A DNA stretch of 55,923 nucleotides, taken from the IMG/VR virus record IMGVR_UViG_3300032053_000094, positions 1-55,923 of that record; one strand, 5' to 3'. The notes beneath the pieces are model-generated. The model was given only the letters and a program-made list of their open reading frames with translations, was not told the DNA's origin and made no database searches. The stretch is from a virus (lineage: Duplodnaviria; Caudoviricetes). Each line of letters opens with the position of its first letter. Position 1 is the first letter of the stretch. The translations under genes were made by a program, and so were the position numbers. This document shows positions 9,152-16,487 of this stretch, piece after piece.

Positions 9152-9694
9152 CTATATAATTTCTAAATTTGTGTTTGCTTGTTGTTTGTTAGAATCAGAC
9201 ATAATACGATAAGTTCTGACAACACCTAAATCAGTCAATGTAATACGTTCGATAGTAATACCCCAATCACTAACAATCTCTTGTACTTGGTCTTGTAAAT
9301 AAGGACTTATTTCATACAAATCAACCCAATTATATCCTTCTACGGTATCTCTAATAACACCCTGAGTAGTGTCCACAAGTACATCAGACGCATGCATCAC
9401 ATTCAGTAGGAATTTCTTAACATCGTTAACATGATACCTAACAATAGATTTAAGTACAATACTTTTTTCATCAAGGGTTGTCAACGTTTGAGGTTGAAGA
9501 TGAACGGTTTGTGTTATAACTTCATGAGTCCAAACTTTGTCTATAAATGGTATTTTAAATATTAAACCAGCATTAACAACTTTAATGAATTTACCAAACC
9601 TTAAAAAAACTCCTTTCTCCCATTGATTTACTATTGAAAAAGGAAGTACGTCACTAATTATGTGAATTAAAAAATCAATTAATTTGTCAAACAT
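9152..9694 (-). CDS. SPFH/Band 7 domain protein
   Basis: VNQWEKGVFLRFGKF..GLIFKIPFID..TLTTLD..WGITIERITLTD. Confidence 0.85.
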   Translation of the reverse strand: MFDKLIDFLIHIISDVLPFSIVNQWEKGVFLRFGKFIKVVNAGLIFKIPFIDKVWTHEVITQTVHLQPQTLTTLDEKSIVLKSIVRYHVNDVKKFLLNVMHASDVLVDTTQGVIRDTVEGYNWVDLYEISPYLQDQVQEIVSDWGITIERITLTDLGVVRTYRIMSDSNKQQANTNLEII

Positions 9695-9733
9695 ATATTT
9701 TATTTTTATTTATACAAATATACGACATTTACT

Positions 9734-9982
9734 TTACTTTACAAAATTTTTTATTTTGTAATAACACATTATAGATACCACTAATAAATTAAAAGTATAA
9801 TTTATCATTAACGGAACCTCTTTTAAATCAAACCCATAAAACAAACAAAATATCTCCCCAAATAACCACATTAAGAGAAACCCTAATCCTAGATGGCATC
9901 GTCCGTCCTTGATGGTTCTAAATAGCTCAGGGACTCCACAAAATGTAAGTAGTAAACTTCCTATTAATCCTGTATAGTTCAT
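9734..9982 (-). CDS. PQ-loop/SemiSWEET-like small membrane protein (start MNYTG)
   Basis: Three hydrophobic segments, 'GVPELFRTIK' PQ-loop-like, 'PLMINY'. Confidence 0.65.
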   Translation of the reverse strand: MNYTGLIGSLLLTFCGVPELFRTIKDGRCHLGLGFLLMWLFGEIFCLFYGFDLKEVPLMINYTFNLLVVSIMCYYKIKNFVK

Positions 9983-9983
9983 A

Positions 9984-10445
9984 TTAAATAATTTGAAATG
10001 CGTCGTGAACAATTTTTCTAATTGATTTTGAATCTTGTGTGTTTCCAATCACCGCACCATTTTTTAATGTAAATGCATGTCTCTTAACAATCAGGATATA
10101 ACTGCCTGTTGGATGCTTTTTAATAAACTGATTTAGAGTTGTTCTTTTCATTCCACCCTTCGCAATATCTAAGGTTCTCAACTTCTCAATTGGTTTAATT
10201 GACTTGTTATTAAAAGTTTCTCCCTTGGTTGACATAGTCGCCATTTTACAAGACACCGACATTGTTCCTTTTCTATTTTGTCTACCAAATTTTTCCTTAA
10301 CCCAAGTGTGGGCTTTATCATATGGAGCTTCATAAGCGGATGCAACGGCTCTAACAAAACAGTCATTAGTTTCACTTTTAGCTATTGCAGATTCTGAGTA
10401 CCCAATGATGGCGGTTGATGTTTGTATGTATGGTAATTGTTTCAT
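9984..10445 (-). CDS. conserved phage protein, possible papain-like Cys/His fold
   Basis: NDCFVRAVA ... YILIVKRHAFTLKNG. Confidence 0.55.
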   Translation of the reverse strand: MKQLPYIQTSTAIIGYSESAIAKSETNDCFVRAVASAYEAPYDKAHTWVKEKFGRQNRKGTMSVSCKMATMSTKGETFNNKSIKPIEKLRTLDIAKGGMKRTTLNQFIKKHPTGSYILIVKRHAFTLKNGAVIGNTQDSKSIRKIVHDAFQII

Positions 10446-10480
10446 AATGTAAAAGTAATACATTATTTTGAGACGGCAAA

Positions 10481-11851
10481 TTATAATACCTTAATTTCTA
10501 CTCTACGATTTAATTGTCTGTTACCATCATTATTATTTGGAACTATAGGTTTTCTATTACCATATCCGACAGTAATTAAATTATCGGGTTTTAAACCTTT
10601 ACCAATAAGATATGACTTAACAGATACGGCTCTTTCTTCTGACTGTAAATCATTTCTTTTATTTAAACCGATAGCATCACTATGACCACCAATTTCAATT
10701 TTCATATCAGGACTATTACGCAATAATCTTATAATGATATCAAGTTGACGATAAGATTCTGGTCTCAATACAGAACTACCAAAATCAAAAAGTATTCTTC
10801 CTTTACTAAATTCAGTAAGTAACTTTTCATTACTCATAGTGTCTAAAGAATCACAAGGTATTGTTTTGGTAATATATAGAGTATCAACAATTGTTATCGT
10901 ATCTATTATGGGTTCAATTATTGTTTTTATCCTTGTTTTAGGACGAAAATTTTCAGGTATAATAGTTGTCGCAATATCTGCACCTCCCTTTTCCCCTGGT
11001 ACTTTATATTTAAAATTGGTTGAAACATATCCAATACTATCATTTTCTCCTATAGAAAAATACGCATCCCATCTTTTAGTGTTAATTGGTTTACCCACAT
11101 TAATTGGTTCTGACCAATGTAACCATGAACTATCTAATCTACGAGTCATCCAAATATCAAAGTTTCCAAGACCTCCTTTACTATCTGTTGAATAATAAAG
11201 AGTTTCATTGTCGGGAGCAATATAAGGACTCATCTCATCATAATCCTCAGTACTTAATTCGTCTAATTTAATCGGCATCGAATACTCATTAGTTGTATCA
11301 TTTAAATAACTAATCCAAAGGTCATTCCATTCACCATTTCTCTCATCATCAAAATAAAATATCATTACTTTTTCATCATGAGATAATGTAACCCCTGTAA
11401 ATTTACCTTTTGATAACCATTCATATCCACGAATTTTAATTGGTTGTGGTACACCCCAAACATCATTAAATTTACTTACAATAGAATAACCTCTACGAAT
11501 AATTCCGTTAGTACTACCATCTCTAGAACCTCTAATGACAATACGATTACCGTCAGGTGATGCCCAAAAAACACCATTATATCTCTCACAATTTATGTAA
11601 TCAGGTAATCTAACAGATTTAGACCAATCTCCATTTTGGTCACGTTCAGAAACCCAAATGTCTTGACCATCTTTATATTTATTTATGGGATTTCCCTCAA
11701 CAGTAAAAAATAGATAATGGCCATTGGCAGATACTACAGGTCTAATTTCCTGATATTTTGAATTAACGTTTTCATTTAAAAATTTAAGTTGTGCGTTAAC
11801 CCCTACTGTCATAAAAACAGATAAAATCAATAAGTTTAATAAATATTTCAT
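10481..11851 (-). CDS. secreted PD40 beta-propeller + OmpA-like peptidoglycan-binding protein
   Basis: Signal peptide; repeated 'E.SP.I.PD..TLY.S....G.G..DIW'; C-terminal ILFDFGSS..IEIGGHSD..LQSEERA..GYG..NRRVE. Confidence 0.9.
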   Translation of the reverse strand: MKYLLNLLILSVFMTVGVNAQLKFLNENVNSKYQEIRPVVSANGHYLFFTVEGNPINKYKDGQDIWVSERDQNGDWSKSVRLPDYINCERYNGVFWASPDGNRIVIRGSRDGSTNGIIRRGYSIVSKFNDVWGVPQPIKIRGYEWLSKGKFTGVTLSHDEKVMIFYFDDERNGEWNDLWISYLNDTTNEYSMPIKLDELSTEDYDEMSPYIAPDNETLYYSTDSKGGLGNFDIWMTRRLDSSWLHWSEPINVGKPINTKRWDAYFSIGENDSIGYVSTNFKYKVPGEKGGADIATTIIPENFRPKTRIKTIIEPIIDTITIVDTLYITKTIPCDSLDTMSNEKLLTEFSKGRILFDFGSSVLRPESYRQLDIIIRLLRNSPDMKIEIGGHSDAIGLNKRNDLQSEERAVSVKSYLIGKGLKPDNLITVGYGNRKPIVPNNNDGNRQLNRRVEIKVL

Positions 11852-11900
11852 ATAATTAATATTTTGTATATTAATAAGTATTACACTTTTAAAAAAAATA

Positions 11901-12067
11901 ACACCCTAATTTATCCAACTTACAGGTGTATTGGCTGTCCCCCAATACGGGGTTAGGAATAATCATTCGTCTTCACGAAGTCGAGCTGACTTGCTCAGGA
12001 GTTATCCCCTTCACTCCAAAGTAGGTCCCCATACGGACATCACTCCGTTTCTCATCATGTAGGGTAC
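11901..12067 (-). ncRNA. candidate structured non-coding RNA A (multi-hairpin, closed by ACCCTA/TAGGGT)
   Basis: GC-enriched, ORF-free, at least 5 inverted repeats, just 3' of tRNA-Arg. Confidence 0.55.
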
Positions 12068-12095
12068 ATTATCCGTTGTCATGTTTCGGAACGTG

Positions 12096-12167
12096 TAGTC
12101 TCATCAAGAATCGAACTTGAATCTACTGCTTAGAAGGCAGTCGTTCTATCCGTTGAACTATGAAACC
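12096..12167 (-). tRNA. tRNA-Arg(UCU)
   Basis: Cloverleaf; ACTGC-CTTCTAA-GCAGT; TTCGA T-loop; CCA not encoded. Confidence 0.92.
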
Positions 12168-12173
12168 TAATAG

Positions 12174-12278
12174 TACAAGAGGAAGGACTTGCACCTTCAT
12201 GCTGTTACCAGCGAGGGCATGTTACCCTTGTGTCTTTCTACTGATGATGGTACCACCATCTACTTCCACCACTCTTGT
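12174..12278 (-). ncRNA. aberrant class II (Leu-like) tRNA-like RNA with D-loop hairpin insertion and non-canonical anticodon loop
   Basis: ACAAGAG/CTCTTGT-A acceptor, TGGTGGAA..AGACAC D-arm, GCTG-GTAA-CAGC variable arm, GAAGG-TGCAAGT-CCTTC T-arm. Confidence 0.7.
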
Positions 12279-12287
12279 AAAAAACTG

Positions 12288-12359
12288 CGGTCTCAGCGGG
12301 AATCGAACCCGCCACATTCCCGTGACAGGGGAATATTATAACCAATTAACTATAAGACC
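12288..12359 (-). tRNA. tRNA-Asp(GUC)
   Basis: TTCCC-CTGTCAC-GGGAA anticodon arm, G73. Confidence 0.93.
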
Positions 12360-12362
12360 TTG

Positions 12363-12512
12363 AAAAAAGGAAAACAGAAGATGGGTCAGTGGACATCTGT
12401 TTTTATGATTGGCGTTACTCCGTATTTGAAGGATTGTCTCCTATTACCCCTCCGATTAATAACTGTTTCTAATGTTACCACCATTATCTATCTTTCCCCA
12501 ATCAACCTTTTT
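12363..12512 (-). ncRNA. candidate structured non-coding RNA B
   Basis: Nested pairings AAAAAGG/CCTTTTT, TGATTGG/CCAATCA, AAAACAGATG/CATCTTCTGTTTT; immediately 5' of tRNA-Asp. Confidence 0.5.
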
Positions 12513-13151
12513 TTATTTTATAATTCTACCCTTACTCCAACCTTCAGGTATTAAACTATCTTTTTTTATTTTTTTGTTTTCATCACCATTTGTTATCCAA
12601 CAAGTACCGTATTGTGAATTTTTTTCACCATTTTGTTTTATTTTATTTTTATCTCCTATTTTTCTTTTATGTTCCTCACTAATATTTTTATTTTTAGTGG
12701 TACTATAATTTATGACACCTTTTTTATGGTTTTTTATAGTATTTTCTATTAAAATCTTGATAATTTTTTTTCTAAAATCATTGTTTTTCCATTTCTCTAT
12801 CATATAGTCAGATGCTCCTTTACGAATCTTATCTAAAGTTTTTTTTGGTAACCCAATTAATCCTCCAGTTCCACCCTCTTTTAGATTCATACATAATCCA
12901 TCATTAACTAAATCAATATTCACTATTTTTTTTTCATGTTCAAGTAACGATTCTCTTGAATCAAAAAAATTTAAAATTTCTTTAGAATGATTCTCAATAC
13001 CATATTTTCTGATACTATATCTTAATCTTTTCCCACTACCTAAATAACCATCATCAATATTTGTTGTCGAATGAATTCCAATATAAAATCTATTGGTTAT
13101 TTTACAGGTTGTTTTATACATATAATGTATTTTCTTTTTTTGTCTTGGCAT
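12513..13151 (-). CDS. free-standing GIY-YIG homing endonuclease (Seg-like, NUMOD3-like)
   Basis: YMYKTT..FYIGIH..DGYLGSG..KYG.ENH; SEEHKRKIG. Confidence 0.88.
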   Translation of the reverse strand: MPRQKKKIHYMYKTTCKITNRFYIGIHSTTNIDDGYLGSGKRLRYSIRKYGIENHSKEILNFFDSRESLLEHEKKIVNIDLVNDGLCMNLKEGGTGGLIGLPKKTLDKIRKGASDYMIEKWKNNDFRKKIIKILIENTIKNHKKGVINYSTTKNKNISEEHKRKIGDKNKIKQNGEKNSQYGTCWITNGDENKKIKKDSLIPEGWSKGRIIK

Positions 13152-13198
13152 AATTATCTTTTATAATAAATATGCTCAAGGTACAAAAAAGTTCAGGG

Positions 13199-13270
13199 TA
13201 CCACGGACGGGAATCGAACCCGTGACTCTTCCGTGAAAGGGAAGCGTCTTAACCCCTTGACCACCGCGGC
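13199..13270 (-). tRNA. tRNA-Glu(UUC)
   Basis: CTTCC-CTTTCAC-GGAAG anticodon arm, full cloverleaf. Confidence 0.93.
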
Positions 13271-13272
13271 AT

Positions 13273-13401
13273 TTAATTTTTTTTATTATCTAAAATTTCA
13301 TTAATAACATTTTTTGCGTTTTTAATTTCATCTTCAGGTAAAGCCCAAATAAACAAAGAAATTAAAATAAAAACTGTTACAAAATAGAGTATTGTTACCA
13401 T
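13273..13401 (-). CDS. 42-aa single-TM peptide
   Basis: MVTILYFVTVFILISLFIWALPEDEIKN...; read manually. Confidence 0.45.
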   Translation of the reverse strand: MVTILYFVTVFILISLFIWALPEDEIKNAKNVINEILDNKKN

Positions 13402-13417
13402 ATTATTTTTATTTTAT

Positions 13418-13759
13418 TTATAATCCTTTTGTTATCCAATTACACATTGCATTTGACATTGAGATATCTTCCTTTGACATATTAAACATTTCTTCCTCGG
13501 TCATTACCGTTACACCGCCATAACTTGATATAGTATGGTTAGGATTGTTGGTATAAACATCTACAATCCCGTTATCGCCACTATATTCATCACAGATGTC
13601 CTGAACCGAAAACTCATTTTTATGATTACTCCAACGTATGGAACCATAACACCTTAATTCGGTTAAATATATAAACCCATCAGAGGTGTCTAATATCTCC
13701 TGATAAAGTTTGTTGGCTTTGTTTTTAGCCCTCACATAATTTTTAATTAATTGTTCCAT
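13418..13759 (-). CDS. hypothetical protein (start MEQLIK)
   Basis: Own TTTG-N20-TATCTTTG promoter at 13764-13795. Confidence 0.7.
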   Translation of the reverse strand: MEQLIKNYVRAKNKANKLYQEILDTSDGFIYLTELRCYGSIRWSNHKNEFSVQDICDEYSGDNGIVDVYTNNPNHTISSYGGVTVMTEEEMFNMSKEDISMSNAMCNWITKGL

Positions 13760-13805
13760 AACACAAAGATATAAAACCTTTTTCAAACAAACAAAACTTT
13801 TTTTG

Positions 13806-13878
13806 AGCCCAAGATAGGAATCGAACCTACAACCTTCACTTTACAAAAGTGCTGCTCTGCCAATTGAGCTACTCGGGC
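13806..13878 (-). tRNA. tRNA-Thr(UGU)
   Basis: CACT-TTTGTAA-AGTG anticodon arm, full cloverleaf. Confidence 0.92.
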
Positions 13879-13885
13879 ATGTTAG

Positions 13886-13957
13886 TGTGACAGCGGGATT
13901 CGAACCCTGATTAACTGAACCACAATCAGTCGTGTTAACCTTTACACTACAGTCACC
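13886..13957 (-). tRNA. tRNA-His(GUG), atypical/possibly degenerate
   Basis: ACTGA-TTGTGGT-TCAGT; G-1 present but A73, T:T acceptor mismatch, T-stem 1 nt short. Confidence 0.75.
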
Positions 13958-13962
13958 ATATG

Positions 13963-14034
13963 CACGCATGTAAGGACTCGAACCTTCATCTTCGGTTTTG
14001 GAGACCGACATTCTACCAATTGAACTACACACGC
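13963..14034 (-). tRNA. tRNA-Trp(CCA)
   Basis: TCGGT-CTCCAAA-ACCGA anticodon arm, G73. Confidence 0.92.
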
Positions 14035-14043
14035 ATTTTATTG

Positions 14044-14115
14044 AGGTCAGAATCAGATTCGAACTGATGTAAAAGGTTTTGCAGACCTTCGCCTAAACCA
14101 CTCGGCCATCCGACC
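14044..14115 (-). tRNA. tRNA-Cys(GCA)
   Basis: AAGGT-CTGCAAA-ACCTT anticodon arm, U73. Confidence 0.93.
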
Positions 14116-14117
14116 AT

Positions 14118-14154
14118 AAAACAAAAAACCCCGAGATTTTGTCCCGAGGTTTTC
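14118..14154 (-). terminator. intrinsic terminator (attenuator) directly before tRNA-Cys
   Basis: AAAA-CCTCGGGA-CAAAA-TCTCGGGG-TTTTTTGTTTT. Confidence 0.8.
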
Positions 14155-14174
14155 TGAAATGTTATTTATAATTT

Positions 14175-14276
14175 TTATTTATAAAACAAATTGGAACTTC
14201 GGTACATAATAACATCACACTCTTGATGCCAAGTTGTGCAAACCGTAGATGACGTTGTATGTTTTTGAGTTCTCAT
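14175..14276 (-). CDS. putative attenuator leader peptide MRTQKHTTSSTVCTTWHQECDVIMYRSSNLFYK
   Basis: 33 aa, A-rich start context, between promoter and terminator; enriched in amino acids of downstream tRNAs. Confidence 0.72.
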   Translation of the reverse strand: MRTQKHTTSSTVCTTWHQECDVIMYRSSNLFYK

Positions 14277-14299
14277 TGTTTTAATTTTTAATTGTTTCA

Positions 14300-14331
14300 C
14301 AAATATACTAATAAGTATTCTAATAATCAAA
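14300..14331 (-). promoter_or_regulatory. Bacteroidota sigma70-type promoter of leader/tRNA array
   Basis: TTTG (14331-14328)-N20-TATATTTG (14307-14300). Confidence 0.75.
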
Positions 14332-14397
14332 AAAATCTTTTTTAGTAAAATCAAATATTTATAGATAACAAATAAATTCTTTTAAAACAAAAAACAA

Positions 14398-14568
14398 ATG
14401 ACAAAAGAACAAATTTTAGGTCTTGTAAGACACGTATTAACTTTCGTAGGTGGTATTTTAATCACCAAAGGTCTTCTTGACGAAGCATCATCAACAGAAG
14501 TGATTGGTGGTATTTTAGGTTTGGCTGGTACTATCTGGTCAATAATCGACAAAAAGAAAGTGGCTTAA
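14398..14568 (+). CDS. 56-aa two-TM putative holin
   Basis: MTKEQILGLVRHVLTFVGGILITKG..VIGGILGLAGTIWSIIDKKK; TATTTAT upstream, terminator downstream; not in ORF track. Confidence 0.7.
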   Translation: MTKEQILGLVRHVLTFVGGILITKGLLDEASSTEVIGGILGLAGTIWSIIDKKKVA

Positions 14569-14617
14569 TTGTAACACTTATTAATTACTAAGAGTCAGAT
14601 TTTTCTGACTCTTTTTT

Positions 14618-14788
14618 TTATAATGTATCTTCGGTATGTACTTTATCATCATCCCAATCTAACCATCCTTCACTTTCGTTATGGTCGGGATTTTCTTTTT
14701 TGTATTTCATTTGTTTATCAATACCTCTAGCCCACAACCAAGATATTAGTACGGTTACTAAAAACATTAATAGGTAAACTTTCCACAT
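14618..14788 (-). CDS. 56-aa membrane peptide (paralog of 27916-28065)
   Basis: MWKVYLLMFLVTVLISWLWARGIDKQMKYKKENPD... Confidence 0.7.
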   Translation of the reverse strand: MWKVYLLMFLVTVLISWLWARGIDKQMKYKKENPDHNESEGWLDWDDDKVHTEDTL

Positions 14789-14791
14789 AGC

Positions 14792-14980
14792 TTAAATGTT
14801 ATTACAATATTCTTTTATTAAATCTATTAAAATATTATTATCATGTTTCCATTCTTTCCAAGTTTCAAAATCTTTTAATTTTTCCAAAACTTCTTCAGGT
14901 ACTAACATAAAACCTTCAGGTGCAATTCCTTTAAATTTGTAATAATGTGAGTTTTTAATTCTTTCTTCGATAACATTCAT
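14792..14980 (-). CDS. hypothetical protein
   Basis: 62-aa ORF in tight operon. Confidence 0.6.
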   Translation of the reverse strand: MNVIEERIKNSHYYKFKGIAPEGFMLVPEEVLEKLKDFETWKEWKHDNNILIDLIKEYCNNI

Positions 14981-14985
14981 ATTAA

Positions 14986-15162
14986 TTAAATTTTTTTAAC
15001 AATATAATTATATCCTGAATCAGAATTTTTTTGAAATAATGAACAGATTTTATCTGCTTCTTCAACAGTATCAAATTCCAAAACTTCGTCATCGTCATCT
15101 AAAACAATAACAGGTAAGGTAACCCCATTGTTATTCTTCATTTTTTTAATTATGCAGTACAT
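14986..15162 (-). CDS. 58-aa hypothetical protein
   Basis: MYCIIKKMKNNNGVTLPVIVLDDDDEVLEFDTVEEA...; fills gap exactly. Confidence 0.6.
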   Translation of the reverse strand: MYCIIKKMKNNNGVTLPVIVLDDDDEVLEFDTVEEADKICSLFQKNSDSGYNYIVKKI

Positions 15163-15163
15163 A

Positions 15164-15505
15164 TTATTTCATAAATATTTGTATAAGAATTATAATAAAA
15201 GCTAAAAATAAACAAAGTATTGTTTTAGATGTTATTGGTTCTTTAAATAAAAAATGACTCATTAACGCAAAAACAATAACACCAACACCAAATCCTAAAA
15301 TTCTTGTTGGCCATAATTCTCCATTAAAAGCAATAACCATATTTTTTGTCGATTTAAGATACAACCAAGTTAATGGTATTCCTGATAATAATAAGATTAT
15401 TGGAAATTTTGAATACCAATCATACTTGGCATTACCTTGTAACTGTACAAATGTTCCAGCCTGAGCAAAAAACATATACAAAAGACCTAAAAAAAAACTA
15501 TTCAT
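15164..15505 (-). CDS. 4-TM membrane protein (DMT/EamA-like)
   Basis: Four hydrophobic helices, 'FLFKEPITSK' DMT-type motif. Confidence 0.65.
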   Translation of the reverse strand: MNSFFLGLLYMFFAQAGTFVQLQGNAKYDWYSKFPIILLLSGIPLTWLYLKSTKNMVIAFNGELWPTRILGFGVGVIVFALMSHFLFKEPITSKTILCLFLAFIIILIQIFMK

Positions 15506-15746
15506 TAATTAAACTTTTTACAAAATTATATAGTGATAAAATAGCAATCATTATTGCTATTCCCGCAATAGAATAAATAACCATTTTTTCACTAAACTCT
15601 ACTTGGTCTTTTCTTTTTCCTTGGTAATTGTTCATATATTATTTTTAAACAAAAGTAAAATAAAAAAAATTAATAAACAAATGTATTTTGATTTGTTTGT
15701 AAAATATATTCTTCATATCTTTGTCAAACAACCAAAAAATTTAAAT

Positions 15747-16427
15747 ATGGATTACGGAAAAGAATTTAAATCGTATTACACGAAACACCTATATAAACCA
15801 TCAAGTAATTTGGACAATTATTCGTCTCAAATTCAAGGTTCACTAACTCCTTATATCTTAGAAGAAAGAGAAATGAGGGTAACTCAAATGGATATATTTT
15901 CAAGATTAATGAGAGAACGAATTTTGTGGGTTGCGGGCGAAGTTAATGATAATATGTCAACAATAGTTCAGGCTCAACTAATGTTCTTAGATTCTGTTGA
16001 AAATAACGACATAACAATGCATATTGATAGTCCTGGAGGTTCAGTTAAGTCAGGGTTGAGTATGGTTGACGTTATGCAGTTCATTAAGTCCGATATAAGG
16101 ACGATTAACACAGGTATGGCAGCTTCTATGGGGTCAGTACTACTTGGGGCAGGAACGAAAGGAAAACGGTCCTCATTACGTTTCTCACGTACTATGTTAC
16201 ACCAATCATCAGGTGGGTTCAGAGGTAATATTCAAGATGCTGAAATTGACATGAAAGAATGGGTTAAAATTAATGACACATTATTTCAGTTACTTGGGGA
16301 TTTTTGTGGTAAGACTATGGAACAAGTTAAGGTTGACGCTCAACGAGATTTGTGGTTAAGTAGTTCTGAATCACTTGAGTATGGTATTATTGATGAAATT
16401 GTTAAAACAAAAAAAGGAGGTGTTTAA
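15747..16427 (+). CDS. clpP: ATP-dependent Clp protease proteolytic subunit
   Basis: MDIFSRLMRERI, IDSPGGSV, GMAASMG, MLHQ, RDLW, YGIIDE; start MDYGKEF after TTTG-N20-TATCTTTG (15692-15723). Confidence 0.95.
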   Translation: MDYGKEFKSYYTKHLYKPSSNLDNYSSQIQGSLTPYILEEREMRVTQMDIFSRLMRERILWVAGEVNDNMSTIVQAQLMFLDSVENNDITMHIDSPGGSVKSGLSMVDVMQFIKSDIRTINTGMAASMGSVLLGAGTKGKRSSLRFSRTMLHQSSGGFRGNIQDAEIDMKEWVKINDTLFQLLGDFCGKTMEQVKVDAQRDLWLSSSESLEYGIIDEIVKTKKGGV

Positions 16428-16487
16428 GCCTCCTTTTTTCTTCGAAATTACCCCCTTTCTTTTATTTCAATTTATAATAAACAACTA

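Noticed and set aside
12045-12062. ATGATGAGAAAC (minus) resembling a hammerhead core
   Set aside because: No CUGAUGA and no stem II between the UGAUGA and GAAA elements.
12160-14032. ORFs 12160-12363, 12360-12554, 12472-12708, 13841-14032
   Set aside because: Overlap tRNA or ncRNA genes or the GIY-YIG gene; no protein motifs.
15603-15746. Long N-terminal extension of ClpP in ORF track (likewise upstream starts at 10048, 24656, 38657, 48006, 55579)
   Set aside because: Extensions span promoters or neighbouring genes; downstream ATGs fit motifs and spacing.
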